IMG/VR virus record: IMGVR_UViG_3300023180_000042
Location: 1-64,000 of that record
DNA length: 64,000 nucleotides
Source: a virus
Reading direction: 5' to 3' (one strand)
Position numbers and translations under genes: made by a program. Positions 10,988-19,793 of this stretch are shown one piece after another; within the stretch, counting starts at the first letter, position 1, and every line of letters starts with the position of its first letter. The notes under the pieces were generated by a model that was not told the origin of the DNA, searched no databases, and saw nothing but the letters and a program-made list of their open reading frames with translations.

Positions 10988-11220
10988 TGAGCAGATATGT
11001 ACCTGTGAAGGGGCACTCTGGCTTAGTTCGTGACACATATTCCAACGCATTGATTAACACCAATGCTCAGGAGATCGAACAAGCCAGAGAGCGTAAACGC
11101 CTCCGTCAACTTGAAAAAGCCCAAAAACAATCACTTGAACAAAAGGTAGAGACTATCGAAAAGGATCTGGATGAAATAAAAAGTATGTTGAAAGACTTGA
11201 TCCACAATTCTTATAAATAA
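10987..11220 (+). CDS. Small coiled-coil protein usually found after the VrlC-like gene
   Basis: VKGHSGLVRD..SNALIN followed by a coiled coil (EIKSMLKDL); TAATG coupling. Confidence 0.7.
   Translation: MSRYVPVKGHSGLVRDTYSNALINTNAQEIEQARERKRLRQLEKAQKQSLEQKVETIEKDLDEIKSMLKDLIHNSYK
11212..11219 (+). promoter_or_regulatory. T4-type late promoter TATAAATA
   Basis: Exact motif just upstream of the 2080-aa fibre gene. Confidence 0.8.
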
Positions 11221-11252
11221 AGAATAATTGTTTTTGTGCTGTCGGAAAATTA

Positions 11253-14200
11253 ATGTCTTATCGTCCTCTCAAACACTTAAATGAAGGTGCGTTCAAAGAG
11301 CTACTGACTTCTGAAGAAGACTATCTGGCTTATCGAGCGGGTGTTCATTTAAGTAAAATGACAACAAGTGATTTGTCTGCGCTTTCTACTAACGCGGCAG
11401 GCGAACTTGTTGGTACGTTTGAAGACACTTTTTATACCTCTGGTCTAGGTCCCATTCCTGGCTCGACAATTACTCGCACAATTGCGATTACTCATGCATC
11501 TGATCCTGCTGGATCAACGCACACTTCTACGTTTGGTGCTTTCACGCCTTTACCCACTGTTGTTTATGTGGGAGACACAATTGAACTAACAATTCAAGGC
11601 ACAGCGACAAACACAGGCATTGGATTTGAAGAGATTGAATATCAGTTAGGTATTTCTGGTAGCGCGGCTATAGGAACTATTACTACGACTCCTTCGCCAG
11701 CGGCAACGAGTACGAGTGCAAACGGTCGAGAAGTATCGTGGGAAAATTATCCTGACGGCAATCTTAGCGGTTCTTATCAAGTCACGTGGTCTATTCCGAT
11801 TACCGATGATGGCGTAATCAACTTCACACTCAACGGTACTACTACTGATTTTCAAAACAGTGTTGTAAGTTCTACCGATGCTGAAGTGCTACCTTCTGTT
11901 CGTGTAGAGCCACAGTTGAAGCCAACTACTTCGGCTACACTGTATGAATTATATCAGAACGATGCGAATGTAGCAACCATCGACAACGACAATGCTCTAA
12001 AAAGAAATCCACTCTATTGGGATCGAACTGCAACGCCTGCTGGCTTGAAAGAAATGAGCGATGCAGAACTCGATATTGTAGTTCAAAGACTTCTTTTAAA
12101 AATCTTTGCAAACGATCTTCCCGGTCAGTATCGCCTTGCTACAGTATCTCCGGGCGCACAGTGGTCAGAGTTTATCGCAGATGTATTTGAAGACACTCGT
12201 GGTGACGGTTCACTTGTTACTTATTCTATCTGGGTCAAAACAACCGCAACAGTTCCGACAGTAGTTAAACCTATTTCGCCTTTACGTCAACCGTTGACTA
12301 ACAAGTTTCAAGGTATAAAGGATCTTAATGATTTAGAACTTGAAATGACTTTCGGCGAACGAATGAAGCAGGTTATTCAAGACACTGGCATTGGTAAGTA
12401 TCAACTTCGATCTTCTGCTGACGGACCACCTACAGATCCAGGTACGTGGGAAGCACGTGGTAGTGCAATCGATACAAACCTAACTTACGAATCTGAAACG
12501 GCTTATATTTCAACCGATTCGTATGATATTAACTACGCTTCGCAGTATCAAGGTTCATATGTTCCTGATTACATAGGCGAGTACATTGACACATACGAAT
12601 CCAACTATCTTGGTGAATACGGCGCTACTTATACATCATCTTATACTGGCAATTACGAGGCTACGTACATCGGTACGTTTAGTGGTGATTACGCGCAGAG
12701 TTATATAGGCGATTATCTTCTTGAGTACGCTCAATCTTATGAGAGTGGTTATGAAGGTGAATATGTTCCCAATTATTCGGGTCTTACTGTTGAAGAGCAG
12801 TACACGACCATTTACGAAGCTGAGGACGCGATTGAATTTTATGCGTCAGCATACGCAGAACTTTATGGTGATCTTCCTGTAATTTATACGGGCAACTATG
12901 TTACTCAGTACGTCGAGGAAGTTTATACAGGTAACTTTACGGAACTGTATGTCGGCGATTACGTCATAGACTATAGTGGTAACTTTACAGAAAATTACAT
13001 CGATGATGTCTATACAGGTAACTATATTGACGTATACACTGGCGACTACACAGAAAATTATGAAGGCAACTTTACCGTTAACTATATTCAAACTGAATAT
13101 GCCGGTAACTTTACACAGCCGTACACTGGTGATTTTACAGCCGCATACTCTACGTCTTATGCAGTTACTTACGCACAAGAAAACTATACTGGTAACTATC
13201 AATCAGATTATGCTTCTGAATATCAAGTGCCTTACACAGGCGACTTCTTAGCCACTTATATTCAGTTGATTTACGGTGGTAATTTCATCGAACAATACAG
13301 CGGTGACTTTACTGCAACTTATGCGGGCAACTTTACCGAAACTTATACTCAAGCCCAATATACTGGTAACTACTTGTCACAGTACGCTGGCAACTATCAG
13401 TCTGATTATTCTGGCGATTATATTGGAACTTATGAGCAACAGACTTACACGGGTAACTATATTTCTGATTACACGGGTAACTATCAGTCTCAGTATTCTG
13501 GTGACTTTACTGCCACTTATGCTCAAGCACAATACACAGGTGACTTCATTGTAAGTTACTCTGGTGACTTTATTGCTACATTCCAAGGACAGTATGAAGG
13601 CAATTATCAGTCTCAATACACTGGTAACTTCTTACAGGACTATACTGGTAACTTTATTCAAGGTTTTGAAGGACAATATCAAGGTAACTATCAAGTCAAC
13701 TATGACGGTAATTACATTTCGGACTATGTTACTGCTAGTTACACAGGCGACTTCTTGGCTGTTTATTCGGGCAACTTTGTAGAAACGTTCGAAGGTCAGT
13801 ACACTGGTAACTATCTTTCGACGTATGCTGGCAACTATACTTCAGATTACGTCGGCGATTTTGTTCAGACATTCCAAGGGCAATATGTCACTGTTTACGA
13901 AGAGCCGTATACCGGTAACTTTGTAAACACATTTATTTCTGCTGACTATACAGGCGATTACATCTCGCAATACGAGAGTAATTTCTTGCAAGCGTATTCT
14001 GGTAATTACGTCTCACTTTATGTGCAAGCCAACTATACTGGCAACTTCGCGGCTCAATATACTGGCGACTTTACCGCAAACTATCAAGGCGATTTTCTAA
14101 CTACATTCGTTGATGCGAACTACACTGGTAACTATGCTTCGGATTATGTTCGTGCGTCTTATACCGGTAACTTCCTAGCCACATATTCTGGCGATTTTCT

Positions 14201-17200
14201 TGCCTCTTATACCGGTGACTTTGTTACAACGTTCGTTGATGCGAACTATACTGGTAACTATGTTAGTCAATATTTGGGGACTCGGAATGTAACTTATTCG
14301 GGTAACTACATTTCGAATTACGCACAGGCGAACTATACGGGTAACTTCCTTGCAACATTCGTTGATGCAAACTACACAGGCAACTTCCTAGTAACTTATG
14401 CTGGCGACTTTACTGCTACATTCCAAGGGCAGTATCAAGGTGACTATGAGTCGGGCTATGCTGGCTCATTCGTCGCTCGATATACTGGTGACTTCTTAGG
14501 AACATTCCAGGGTCAATATGTTGGTGATTTCTTAGCCAACTATGATGGCAACTTTATTGCAAATTACGCTGGCGACTTCCTTGCTACGTTCCAAGGGCAG
14601 TATGTTGGTGACTATGTTGGTCAGTATACAAGACAAATCAACGTAGGCTATACAGGAAGCTTTCTGGCGACATTCCAGGGACAGTACACAGGTTCGTTTT
14701 CTCAAACTTATGTAGGGACTTACACAGGCACATATGTCGGTAACTACACTGGTACATATGTCGGAAACTATGCTGGTGCTTATGTATCGGCGGCAGCCAC
14801 TTATCAAGGTGGCTACGCCGGTGCTGCCGCTTGGACATCGTACTTCTTCAGTCTTAGTTCTCCTCGTTATTACTGGTATACGACACAAGCAAGATTTGCT
14901 TTTCCCGTAAACCGTTGGTTTTATTGGAATAATTCATTTCAATCATTGGCGAGCATTGCCAATGACGGATTAGTTCCCTTTTTTAGTCGCGGTTTTGAAT
15001 ATGAAGCGGGTACCATACAATATCAGACAGGATCGTCTTTAAGCACTCTCCGCAACTATTACAATATCAGACGCCGGTCAATTTTTGGTGGCTCAACATA
15101 CACTGGCGGATATACCGGCGGTGGCGGCACTTATACAGGAACATATGTTGGTTCGATTCAGCAAACCTATACTGGCTCGATTCAACAGTCGTACGATGGT
15201 AATTATATTGGCTCTGTTAACATAACATTCGTTGACGCAAACTATACTGGTGACTATCTTGGTCAGTATATACGAGCAATTAATCAAAGTTACACAAGTG
15301 TGTTCCAACAAACATTCGTTGATGCAAACTACACTGGTAACTTTATTGTTAATTATTCAGGCGATTATGTTTCTCGTTATACGGGCAACTTCCTTGCAAC
15401 GTTCGTTGATGCAAACTACTCTGGTAACTTCTTAGCGACATATACCGGCAACTATACTGGTGTATATGTTGGTAGCTTCCTTGCAACGTTTGTTGATGCA
15501 AACTATGTGGGTAACTATGTTTCGAACTATACCGGTGACTTCTTAGGAACGTTCCAGGGTCAGTACGTTGGTGATTTCTTAGCAACATTCCAAGGTCAGT
15601 ATCAAGGCGATTTTATTGCGAACTACGTTGCAACGTTCGAACAAAATTACACTGGTGACTTCCTTGCTACGTTCCAAGGCCAGTATCTGGGTAACTTTGT
15701 AACGCCTTATACTGGCAACTATATTTCAAATTATGCTGGCGACTTTACGGCGGCGTATACTGGAAACTATGTTGGCGATTTCTTAGCCACGTTCCAGGGA
15801 CAATATCTGGGTAACTTTACTGTACAATATACCGGTAATTATCTGAGTCAATATACTTCTGATTTCTTAGCCACGTTCCAGGGACAGTATGTCGGTGATT
15901 ACATTTCGAACTATAATGCAGACTTCAATACTCAGTATCAGTCAAACTTTACGGCAACGTTCCAGGGTCAGTACATTGGTGATTTCTTAGCAACATACAC
16001 TGGCACTTATGACACAATATATGTTCAAGCCGACTACACTGGTAACTTCGTCACAACATACAGTGGTGATTATATCTCTGATTACACCGGTGACTTTACT
16101 GCCAACTTCGTTTCACAGCAATACACTGGTGATTATATCTCTGATTACACTGGTAACTTTGCAGTAACGTATACTGGTAATTATCTCGGCGATTACGTTT
16201 CGCGATACACTGGCGACTACGTTGGAAATTACGCCGATCAAGTGTACGGTGGTGACTTTACTCAAGTCTATACTGGCGACTTTACGAATAACTACGTTGG
16301 CGATTATATTTCTACATACGCTCAAGCAGATTATTCTGGTAACTACGTATCAAATTATCAGGGTAACTTCACGGCGCAGTTCGAAGGTCAATACGTAGGC
16401 AACTTCTTAGAAGATTATACGGGCGACTTTACAGCTATTTACTCTGGTGACTTCCTTCAAGGATTTGCTGGTCAATACGAAGGTAATTATATTACTCCGT
16501 ATACCGGTGATTATATTTCAGCCTATACTGGTGATTTTCTTGCAACGTTTGAAGGTCAATATGTTGGCGATTTCATCGTACAATACACTGGTAACTTCAT
16601 CGAAACTTATGAAGCAGACTTCGTACAAGATTTTGAAGGTCAGTATACTGGTAACTATCAGTCTGACTATACTGGCGATTATGTCGCAATTTATACTGGT
16701 GACTTCTTACAGATTTTCCAAGGGCAATATGTCGGCGATTACGTAAAAGCATATATCGGCAATTATCAGTCAGCCTATACGGGCGATTTCGTATCGATAT
16801 TTGAAGGTCAGTACACCGGTGATTATCTGTCTGATTACACTGGTAACTATCAAGCAAATTATTCAGGCGACTATCTGTCTAACTTCGAAGGTCAGTACAC
16901 TGGTGACTTTATCGTAACATACACAGGCAATTACGAAGTAGACTACACGGGCGACTTTGTTGAATCATACACCCAAGATTATGAGCAAGACTACATAGAA
17001 GATTATGTTGCTCAAGAAGCATACGTAACGGCTTATGCTGGAAACTACACTCCAACATACGAAACAGTTTATACTGGTGATTATACTCCTGATTACGAAG
17101 GTCCATCGGGCGACTATTTAGGAACCTATCTTTCGAATTACACTGAAGAGTTGTATGCGCAAGAGTTTACGGTTGACTACATATCATTAGACTATACGAG

Positions 17201-17495
17201 AAATCGCGAAGAAAGTTACACTGGTGATTCTTATATAGAAACGTACACAACTGATTTCGAATCAAGTACTGATTACGCCACTTATTTGGGCGGTGATGAT
17301 AATGAAGAATATGTAGGAACATTTGAGGGCGCGGGAGATGCAGAAGTTTATGGTGGTTCTCCTTATGAAGGATCTAGTTACGTATCTGATTACAATCGAG
17401 TAGTTACCATCGCAGAAGCATATTTGGATGACGCTAAATTAACATCAACACCAGTAACAATTGAGACATTTACATTATACGTACGTGTTGCTTAA
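11253..17495 (+). CDS. Giant Tyr/Gly-rich repeat fibre protein with mirror-symmetric arms and a central tip domain
   Basis: 2080 aa: about 415-aa globular N-terminus, aromatic-every-4th-residue repeats (YxG[DN] / [FY]xxx) at about aa 416-1193 and 1282-2050, and a unique aromatic/basic domain at about aa 1194-1281; preceded by a late promoter. Confidence 0.8.
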   Translation: MSYRPLKHLNEGAFKELLTSEEDYLAYRAGVHLSKMTTSDLSALSTNAAGELVGTFEDTFYTSGLGPIPGSTITRTIAITHASDPAGSTHTSTFGAFTPLPTVVYVGDTIELTIQGTATNTGIGFEEIEYQLGISGSAAIGTITTTPSPAATSTSANGREVSWENYPDGNLSGSYQVTWSIPITDDGVINFTLNGTTTDFQNSVVSSTDAEVLPSVRVEPQLKPTTSATLYELYQNDANVATIDNDNALKRNPLYWDRTATPAGLKEMSDAELDIVVQRLLLKIFANDLPGQYRLATVSPGAQWSEFIADVFEDTRGDGSLVTYSIWVKTTATVPTVVKPISPLRQPLTNKFQGIKDLNDLELEMTFGERMKQVIQDTGIGKYQLRSSADGPPTDPGTWEARGSAIDTNLTYESETAYISTDSYDINYASQYQGSYVPDYIGEYIDTYESNYLGEYGATYTSSYTGNYEATYIGTFSGDYAQSYIGDYLLEYAQSYESGYEGEYVPNYSGLTVEEQYTTIYEAEDAIEFYASAYAELYGDLPVIYTGNYVTQYVEEVYTGNFTELYVGDYVIDYSGNFTENYIDDVYTGNYIDVYTGDYTENYEGNFTVNYIQTEYAGNFTQPYTGDFTAAYSTSYAVTYAQENYTGNYQSDYASEYQVPYTGDFLATYIQLIYGGNFIEQYSGDFTATYAGNFTETYTQAQYTGNYLSQYAGNYQSDYSGDYIGTYEQQTYTGNYISDYTGNYQSQYSGDFTATYAQAQYTGDFIVSYSGDFIATFQGQYEGNYQSQYTGNFLQDYTGNFIQGFEGQYQGNYQVNYDGNYISDYVTASYTGDFLAVYSGNFVETFEGQYTGNYLSTYAGNYTSDYVGDFVQTFQGQYVTVYEEPYTGNFVNTFISADYTGDYISQYESNFLQAYSGNYVSLYVQANYTGNFAAQYTGDFTANYQGDFLTTFVDANYTGNYASDYVRASYTGNFLATYSGDFLASYTGDFVTTFVDANYTGNYVSQYLGTRNVTYSGNYISNYAQANYTGNFLATFVDANYTGNFLVTYAGDFTATFQGQYQGDYESGYAGSFVARYTGDFLGTFQGQYVGDFLANYDGNFIANYAGDFLATFQGQYVGDYVGQYTRQINVGYTGSFLATFQGQYTGSFSQTYVGTYTGTYVGNYTGTYVGNYAGAYVSAAATYQGGYAGAAAWTSYFFSLSSPRYYWYTTQARFAFPVNRWFYWNNSFQSLASIANDGLVPFFSRGFEYEAGTIQYQTGSSLSTLRNYYNIRRRSIFGGSTYTGGYTGGGGTYTGTYVGSIQQTYTGSIQQSYDGNYIGSVNITFVDANYTGDYLGQYIRAINQSYTSVFQQTFVDANYTGNFIVNYSGDYVSRYTGNFLATFVDANYSGNFLATYTGNYTGVYVGSFLATFVDANYVGNYVSNYTGDFLGTFQGQYVGDFLATFQGQYQGDFIANYVATFEQNYTGDFLATFQGQYLGNFVTPYTGNYISNYAGDFTAAYTGNYVGDFLATFQGQYLGNFTVQYTGNYLSQYTSDFLATFQGQYVGDYISNYNADFNTQYQSNFTATFQGQYIGDFLATYTGTYDTIYVQADYTGNFVTTYSGDYISDYTGDFTANFVSQQYTGDYISDYTGNFAVTYTGNYLGDYVSRYTGDYVGNYADQVYGGDFTQVYTGDFTNNYVGDYISTYAQADYSGNYVSNYQGNFTAQFEGQYVGNFLEDYTGDFTAIYSGDFLQGFAGQYEGNYITPYTGDYISAYTGDFLATFEGQYVGDFIVQYTGNFIETYEADFVQDFEGQYTGNYQSDYTGDYVAIYTGDFLQIFQGQYVGDYVKAYIGNYQSAYTGDFVSIFEGQYTGDYLSDYTGNYQANYSGDYLSNFEGQYTGDFIVTYTGNYEVDYTGDFVESYTQDYEQDYIEDYVAQEAYVTAYAGNYTPTYETVYTGDYTPDYEGPSGDYLGTYLSNYTEELYAQEFTVDYISLDYTRNREESYTGDSYIETYTTDFESSTDYATYLGGDDNEEYVGTFEGAGDAEVYGGSPYEGSSYVSDYNRVVTIAEAYLDDAKLTSTPVTIETFTLYVRVA
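12500..17400 (+). repeat. Imperfect 12/24-nt coding tandem repeats (e.g. TACACTGGTAACTTC, ACGTTCCAGGGACAGTAT, TTCGTTGATGCAAACTAC)
   Basis: Degenerate tetrapeptide units throughout, interrupted only by the unique segment at about 14830-15095. Confidence 0.9.
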
Positions 17496-17510
17496 AATAT
17501 GGAGTAAATT

Positions 17511-17990
17511 ATGGCAAAGTATGAGTACTTAGATAATGCATTTTGGGAAGCAGAAGATCGCTCAATCGTAAAATGCATTAGGCTAACTACGCTTGAAGGT
17601 CAAGAAGGCAAGAAGAAAAAAGACGTTATGGAGTTTCGCAAGATTCGTCCTGATGGCTCTGAATGCCCTCACTATAAAGAAGTGGTAACAAAAGTAGGCA
17701 TTCCAAAGATTGATGAGAATACTGCTGAACGTAAAGAAAGAAAAGAGCGTGAAGTAAGAGAAAAACGCGCTCATCACGAGCAAAAGAAAAAGACTGCTGA
17801 ACTAGAGCAACTTTTCAATCTTAAGCTTCAAGCCTTTGAAATTGAAGAGATTAAAAATTCTGAAGATCGTGTATTACGTGGCAAGATTCGTAGAGCGCAA
17901 AATGTAGTAGAAATGAATGCGTTGTGTGCAGTTTTGATCGCAAAAGAATTGGGCTATTATGGAGACAAAGATGACGCAGGAGCCAACTAA
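17511..17990 (+). CDS. Charged coiled-coil protein, putative fibre assembly chaperone
   Basis: 159 aa, GGAG RBS, K/E/R-rich helices, directly after the fibre gene; function inferred from position only. Confidence 0.5.
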   Translation: MAKYEYLDNAFWEAEDRSIVKCIRLTTLEGQEGKKKKDVMEFRKIRPDGSECPHYKEVVTKVGIPKIDENTAERKERKEREVREKRAHHEQKKKTAELEQLFNLKLQAFEIEEIKNSEDRVLRGKIRRAQNVVEMNALCAVLIAKELGYYGDKDDAGAN

Positions 17991-18708
17991 GGGTTACGTA
18001 ATCGTTGCGTCACGGCGAAGTTTCTTTTATGTGTCTGCACTTAATTTGATGGAATCAATTCGCGATTTTTATCCTGATGCAAATATCTGTCTAGTCTGTG
18101 AAGAAAAGTTTCTTGATGATCGAGGACGAAAACTCGCCAACGAAATAATTTTCTGTAACGATCACAAGCGAGCCAAACTTTGGGGCATGGCAAAGTCTCC
18201 ATGGGATATTACATTCTATATTGACGCAGACACAGAAGTCGAGCATGAAGACATTGAACATGTCTTTGGCGAACTGAATGGCTATGATGTCATGTACACT
18301 GGTCTTCCCGAAGAACGTTCTTACTGTTATGCAGAACTGAAGTTTCCTGGTGGTCAATTCGAACTGTGTGGGGCAGTGTGTCTGTATGACATGCGCAATC
18401 CATTAGTGCGCGAGTTTATGTGGGACTGGTATGATCTGACTGTTCAACAATACGCAGGCACTTGGTGGCCACAGAAAGAAGATGGAACAGAAGATACTGA
18501 ATTATATCCTGCAACGTTGAAGCGTTGGGATCAATTCTCTCTTTGGTGGCTTGTAAACAAAGAGCCCAAGTATCAAGACTTGAAAGTGGGTATCTTTGAA
18601 GATGACGCCAGATGGAACTATTTTTCACGCTATAAATATGCTCACAACAAGAAGCCTGTTGTTATTAGACATTATTCTGCTTCTGAAGCGAAGCATATGG
18701 AGTTTTGA
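17971..18708 (+). CDS. GT-A fold glycosyltransferase (nucleotide-diphospho-sugar transferase-like)
   Basis: GYVIVAS, SIRDFYPDANICL, a DxD motif (TFYIDADT) and a WDQFSLW motif. The ATG at 17971 has GGAG upstream. Confidence 0.75.
   Translation: MTQEPTKGYVIVASRRSFFYVSALNLMESIRDFYPDANICLVCEEKFLDDRGRKLANEIIFCNDHKRAKLWGMAKSPWDITFYIDADTEVEHEDIEHVFGELNGYDVMYTGLPEERSYCYAELKFPGGQFELCGAVCLYDMRNPLVREFMWDWYDLTVQQYAGTWWPQKEDGTEDTELYPATLKRWDQFSLWWLVNKEPKYQDLKVGIFEDDARWNYFSRYKYAHNKKPVVIRHYSASEAKHMEF
18631..18638 (+). promoter_or_regulatory. Probable internal late promoter TATAAATA for the oxygenase gene
   Basis: Exact motif inside the GT gene, about 70 nt upstream of the next start. Confidence 0.5.
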
Positions 18709-19385
18709 TGAGAGATATTCCACTTAACGATTTTGCATTAGACATCTTAGATGATGCGCTTTGGTTCACTCAAGACAAGAACTATGAGACTGTTGTGCTA
18801 ACAAAGAAAGATAAGCACACCAAAGAAGATGCTGACTGGTATACCGGCGAAGCATACTTCAAACAAATTATGGCGCAAGGTACAGGTCATAATGGATTTC
18901 CAGAAATTGTGGTATCTCATGGTTTTGGCATTGGTCAAATGCATTTCTCTAAAGAGAGAACTTCGCAGGCAAGAATTCCTGAAGTCTCTATGAAACAGGA
19001 TGCGTTTTTGCAAAAAATACAAACTACGTTCAATTTGAAACGTAATGCTCTATTTGCGGTTTATCCGCCAGGTGGTTACATTTCTTGGCACAACAATGCG
19101 AATGCTTCTGCATTCAACTGCGTCTTTACTTGGAGCGAAACCGGCGATGGTTGGTGGAAGCACTGGGATAATGAAAAGAAAGAAATGGTAACGATACCTG
19201 ATAAGAAAGGCTGGCAATGTAAAGTTGGTTACTTTGGTGCGTACGAAGATCCTGCCGAAAAGCTAGTGTATCACACAGCACGAAATGGCGACACAGGTTT
19301 ACGCATGACAGTTGCATTTGTGCTTGACAGATCAGAGATGGCTATAGGAATGCAAGATTGGATTATTGAAGATATTCACGCCTAA
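18708..19385 (+). CDS. 2OG-Fe(II) oxygenase / cupin-like protein
   Basis: YPPGGYISWHNN (H-x-N variant of HxD), distal YHTA and RMTVAF (typical 2OG-binding Arg strand); TGATG coupling to the GT gene. Confidence 0.65.
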   Translation: MRDIPLNDFALDILDDALWFTQDKNYETVVLTKKDKHTKEDADWYTGEAYFKQIMAQGTGHNGFPEIVVSHGFGIGQMHFSKERTSQARIPEVSMKQDAFLQKIQTTFNLKRNALFAVYPPGGYISWHNNANASAFNCVFTWSETGDGWWKHWDNEKKEMVTIPDKKGWQCKVGYFGAYEDPAEKLVYHTARNGDTGLRMTVAFVLDRSEMAIGMQDWIIEDIHA

Positions 19386-19390
19386 ATTAT

Positions 19391-19398
19391 TATAAATA
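19391..19398 (+). promoter_or_regulatory. T4-type late promoter TATAAATA
   Basis: Exact intergenic motif. Confidence 0.8.
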
Positions 19399-19432
19399 GA
19401 GCCATAAGATTCATTTTTTAGGTTAGAGACTT

Positions 19433-19786
19433 ATGGCAAGGTATGAAGAATTAACTATCGATCAGGGAACAGATGTTTCTCTTGACGTGTATCTTACGAA
19501 CATCGATGGTTCACCAAAAGATTTGTCTGGCTATTCAGCCGCGGCTAAAATGAGTACGCGGTATGACGTTGATAGCTCAGATAAAATCTCTTTCGACGCT
19601 TATGTCACTGTCCCTCCAACTGCCGGCATTGTTAACTTATCTTTGACAAACACCGTCACAGATACGCTAAATAGTAAAAGAAAATATGTTTACGATATGG
19701 AAATTTCATATCAAGACAGCGATGCCAACACTATCGTAGAAAGAGTTCTTGAAGGACTTATAACAGTAACGCCTTCGGTAACATGA
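19433..19786 (+). CDS. Small virion structural protein (BppU-like adaptor)
   Basis: LTIDQGTD..DLSGYSAAAKM..G.VNLSLT..T..L...KYVYDMEI..RVLEGLITVTPSVT pattern, common before fibre genes in marine T4-like phages. Confidence 0.7.
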   Translation: MARYEELTIDQGTDVSLDVYLTNIDGSPKDLSGYSAAAKMSTRYDVDSSDKISFDAYVTVPPTAGIVNLSLTNTVTDTLNSKRKYVYDMEISYQDSDANTIVERVLEGLITVTPSVT

Positions 19787-19793
19787 GGTCAGT

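Noticed and set aside
14830-15095. Diversity-generating retroelement target at the fibre tip
   Set aside because: No second near-identical template copy and no reverse transcriptase seen in this window; cannot be excluded for the rest of the genome.
12500-17400. Repeat region as a CRISPR array or DNA inverted repeat
   Set aside because: The repeats are degenerate at synonymous positions, in frame, and have no unique spacers. The symmetry exists only in the order of peptide units, not as reverse-complement DNA.
17971-19385. GT plus oxygenase as a DNA hypermodification system (TET/JBP plus glucosyltransferase type)
   Set aside because: Not favoured: the genes lie in the late structural module and lack recognisable TET/JBP or T4 glucosyltransferase motifs. 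Not fully excluded.
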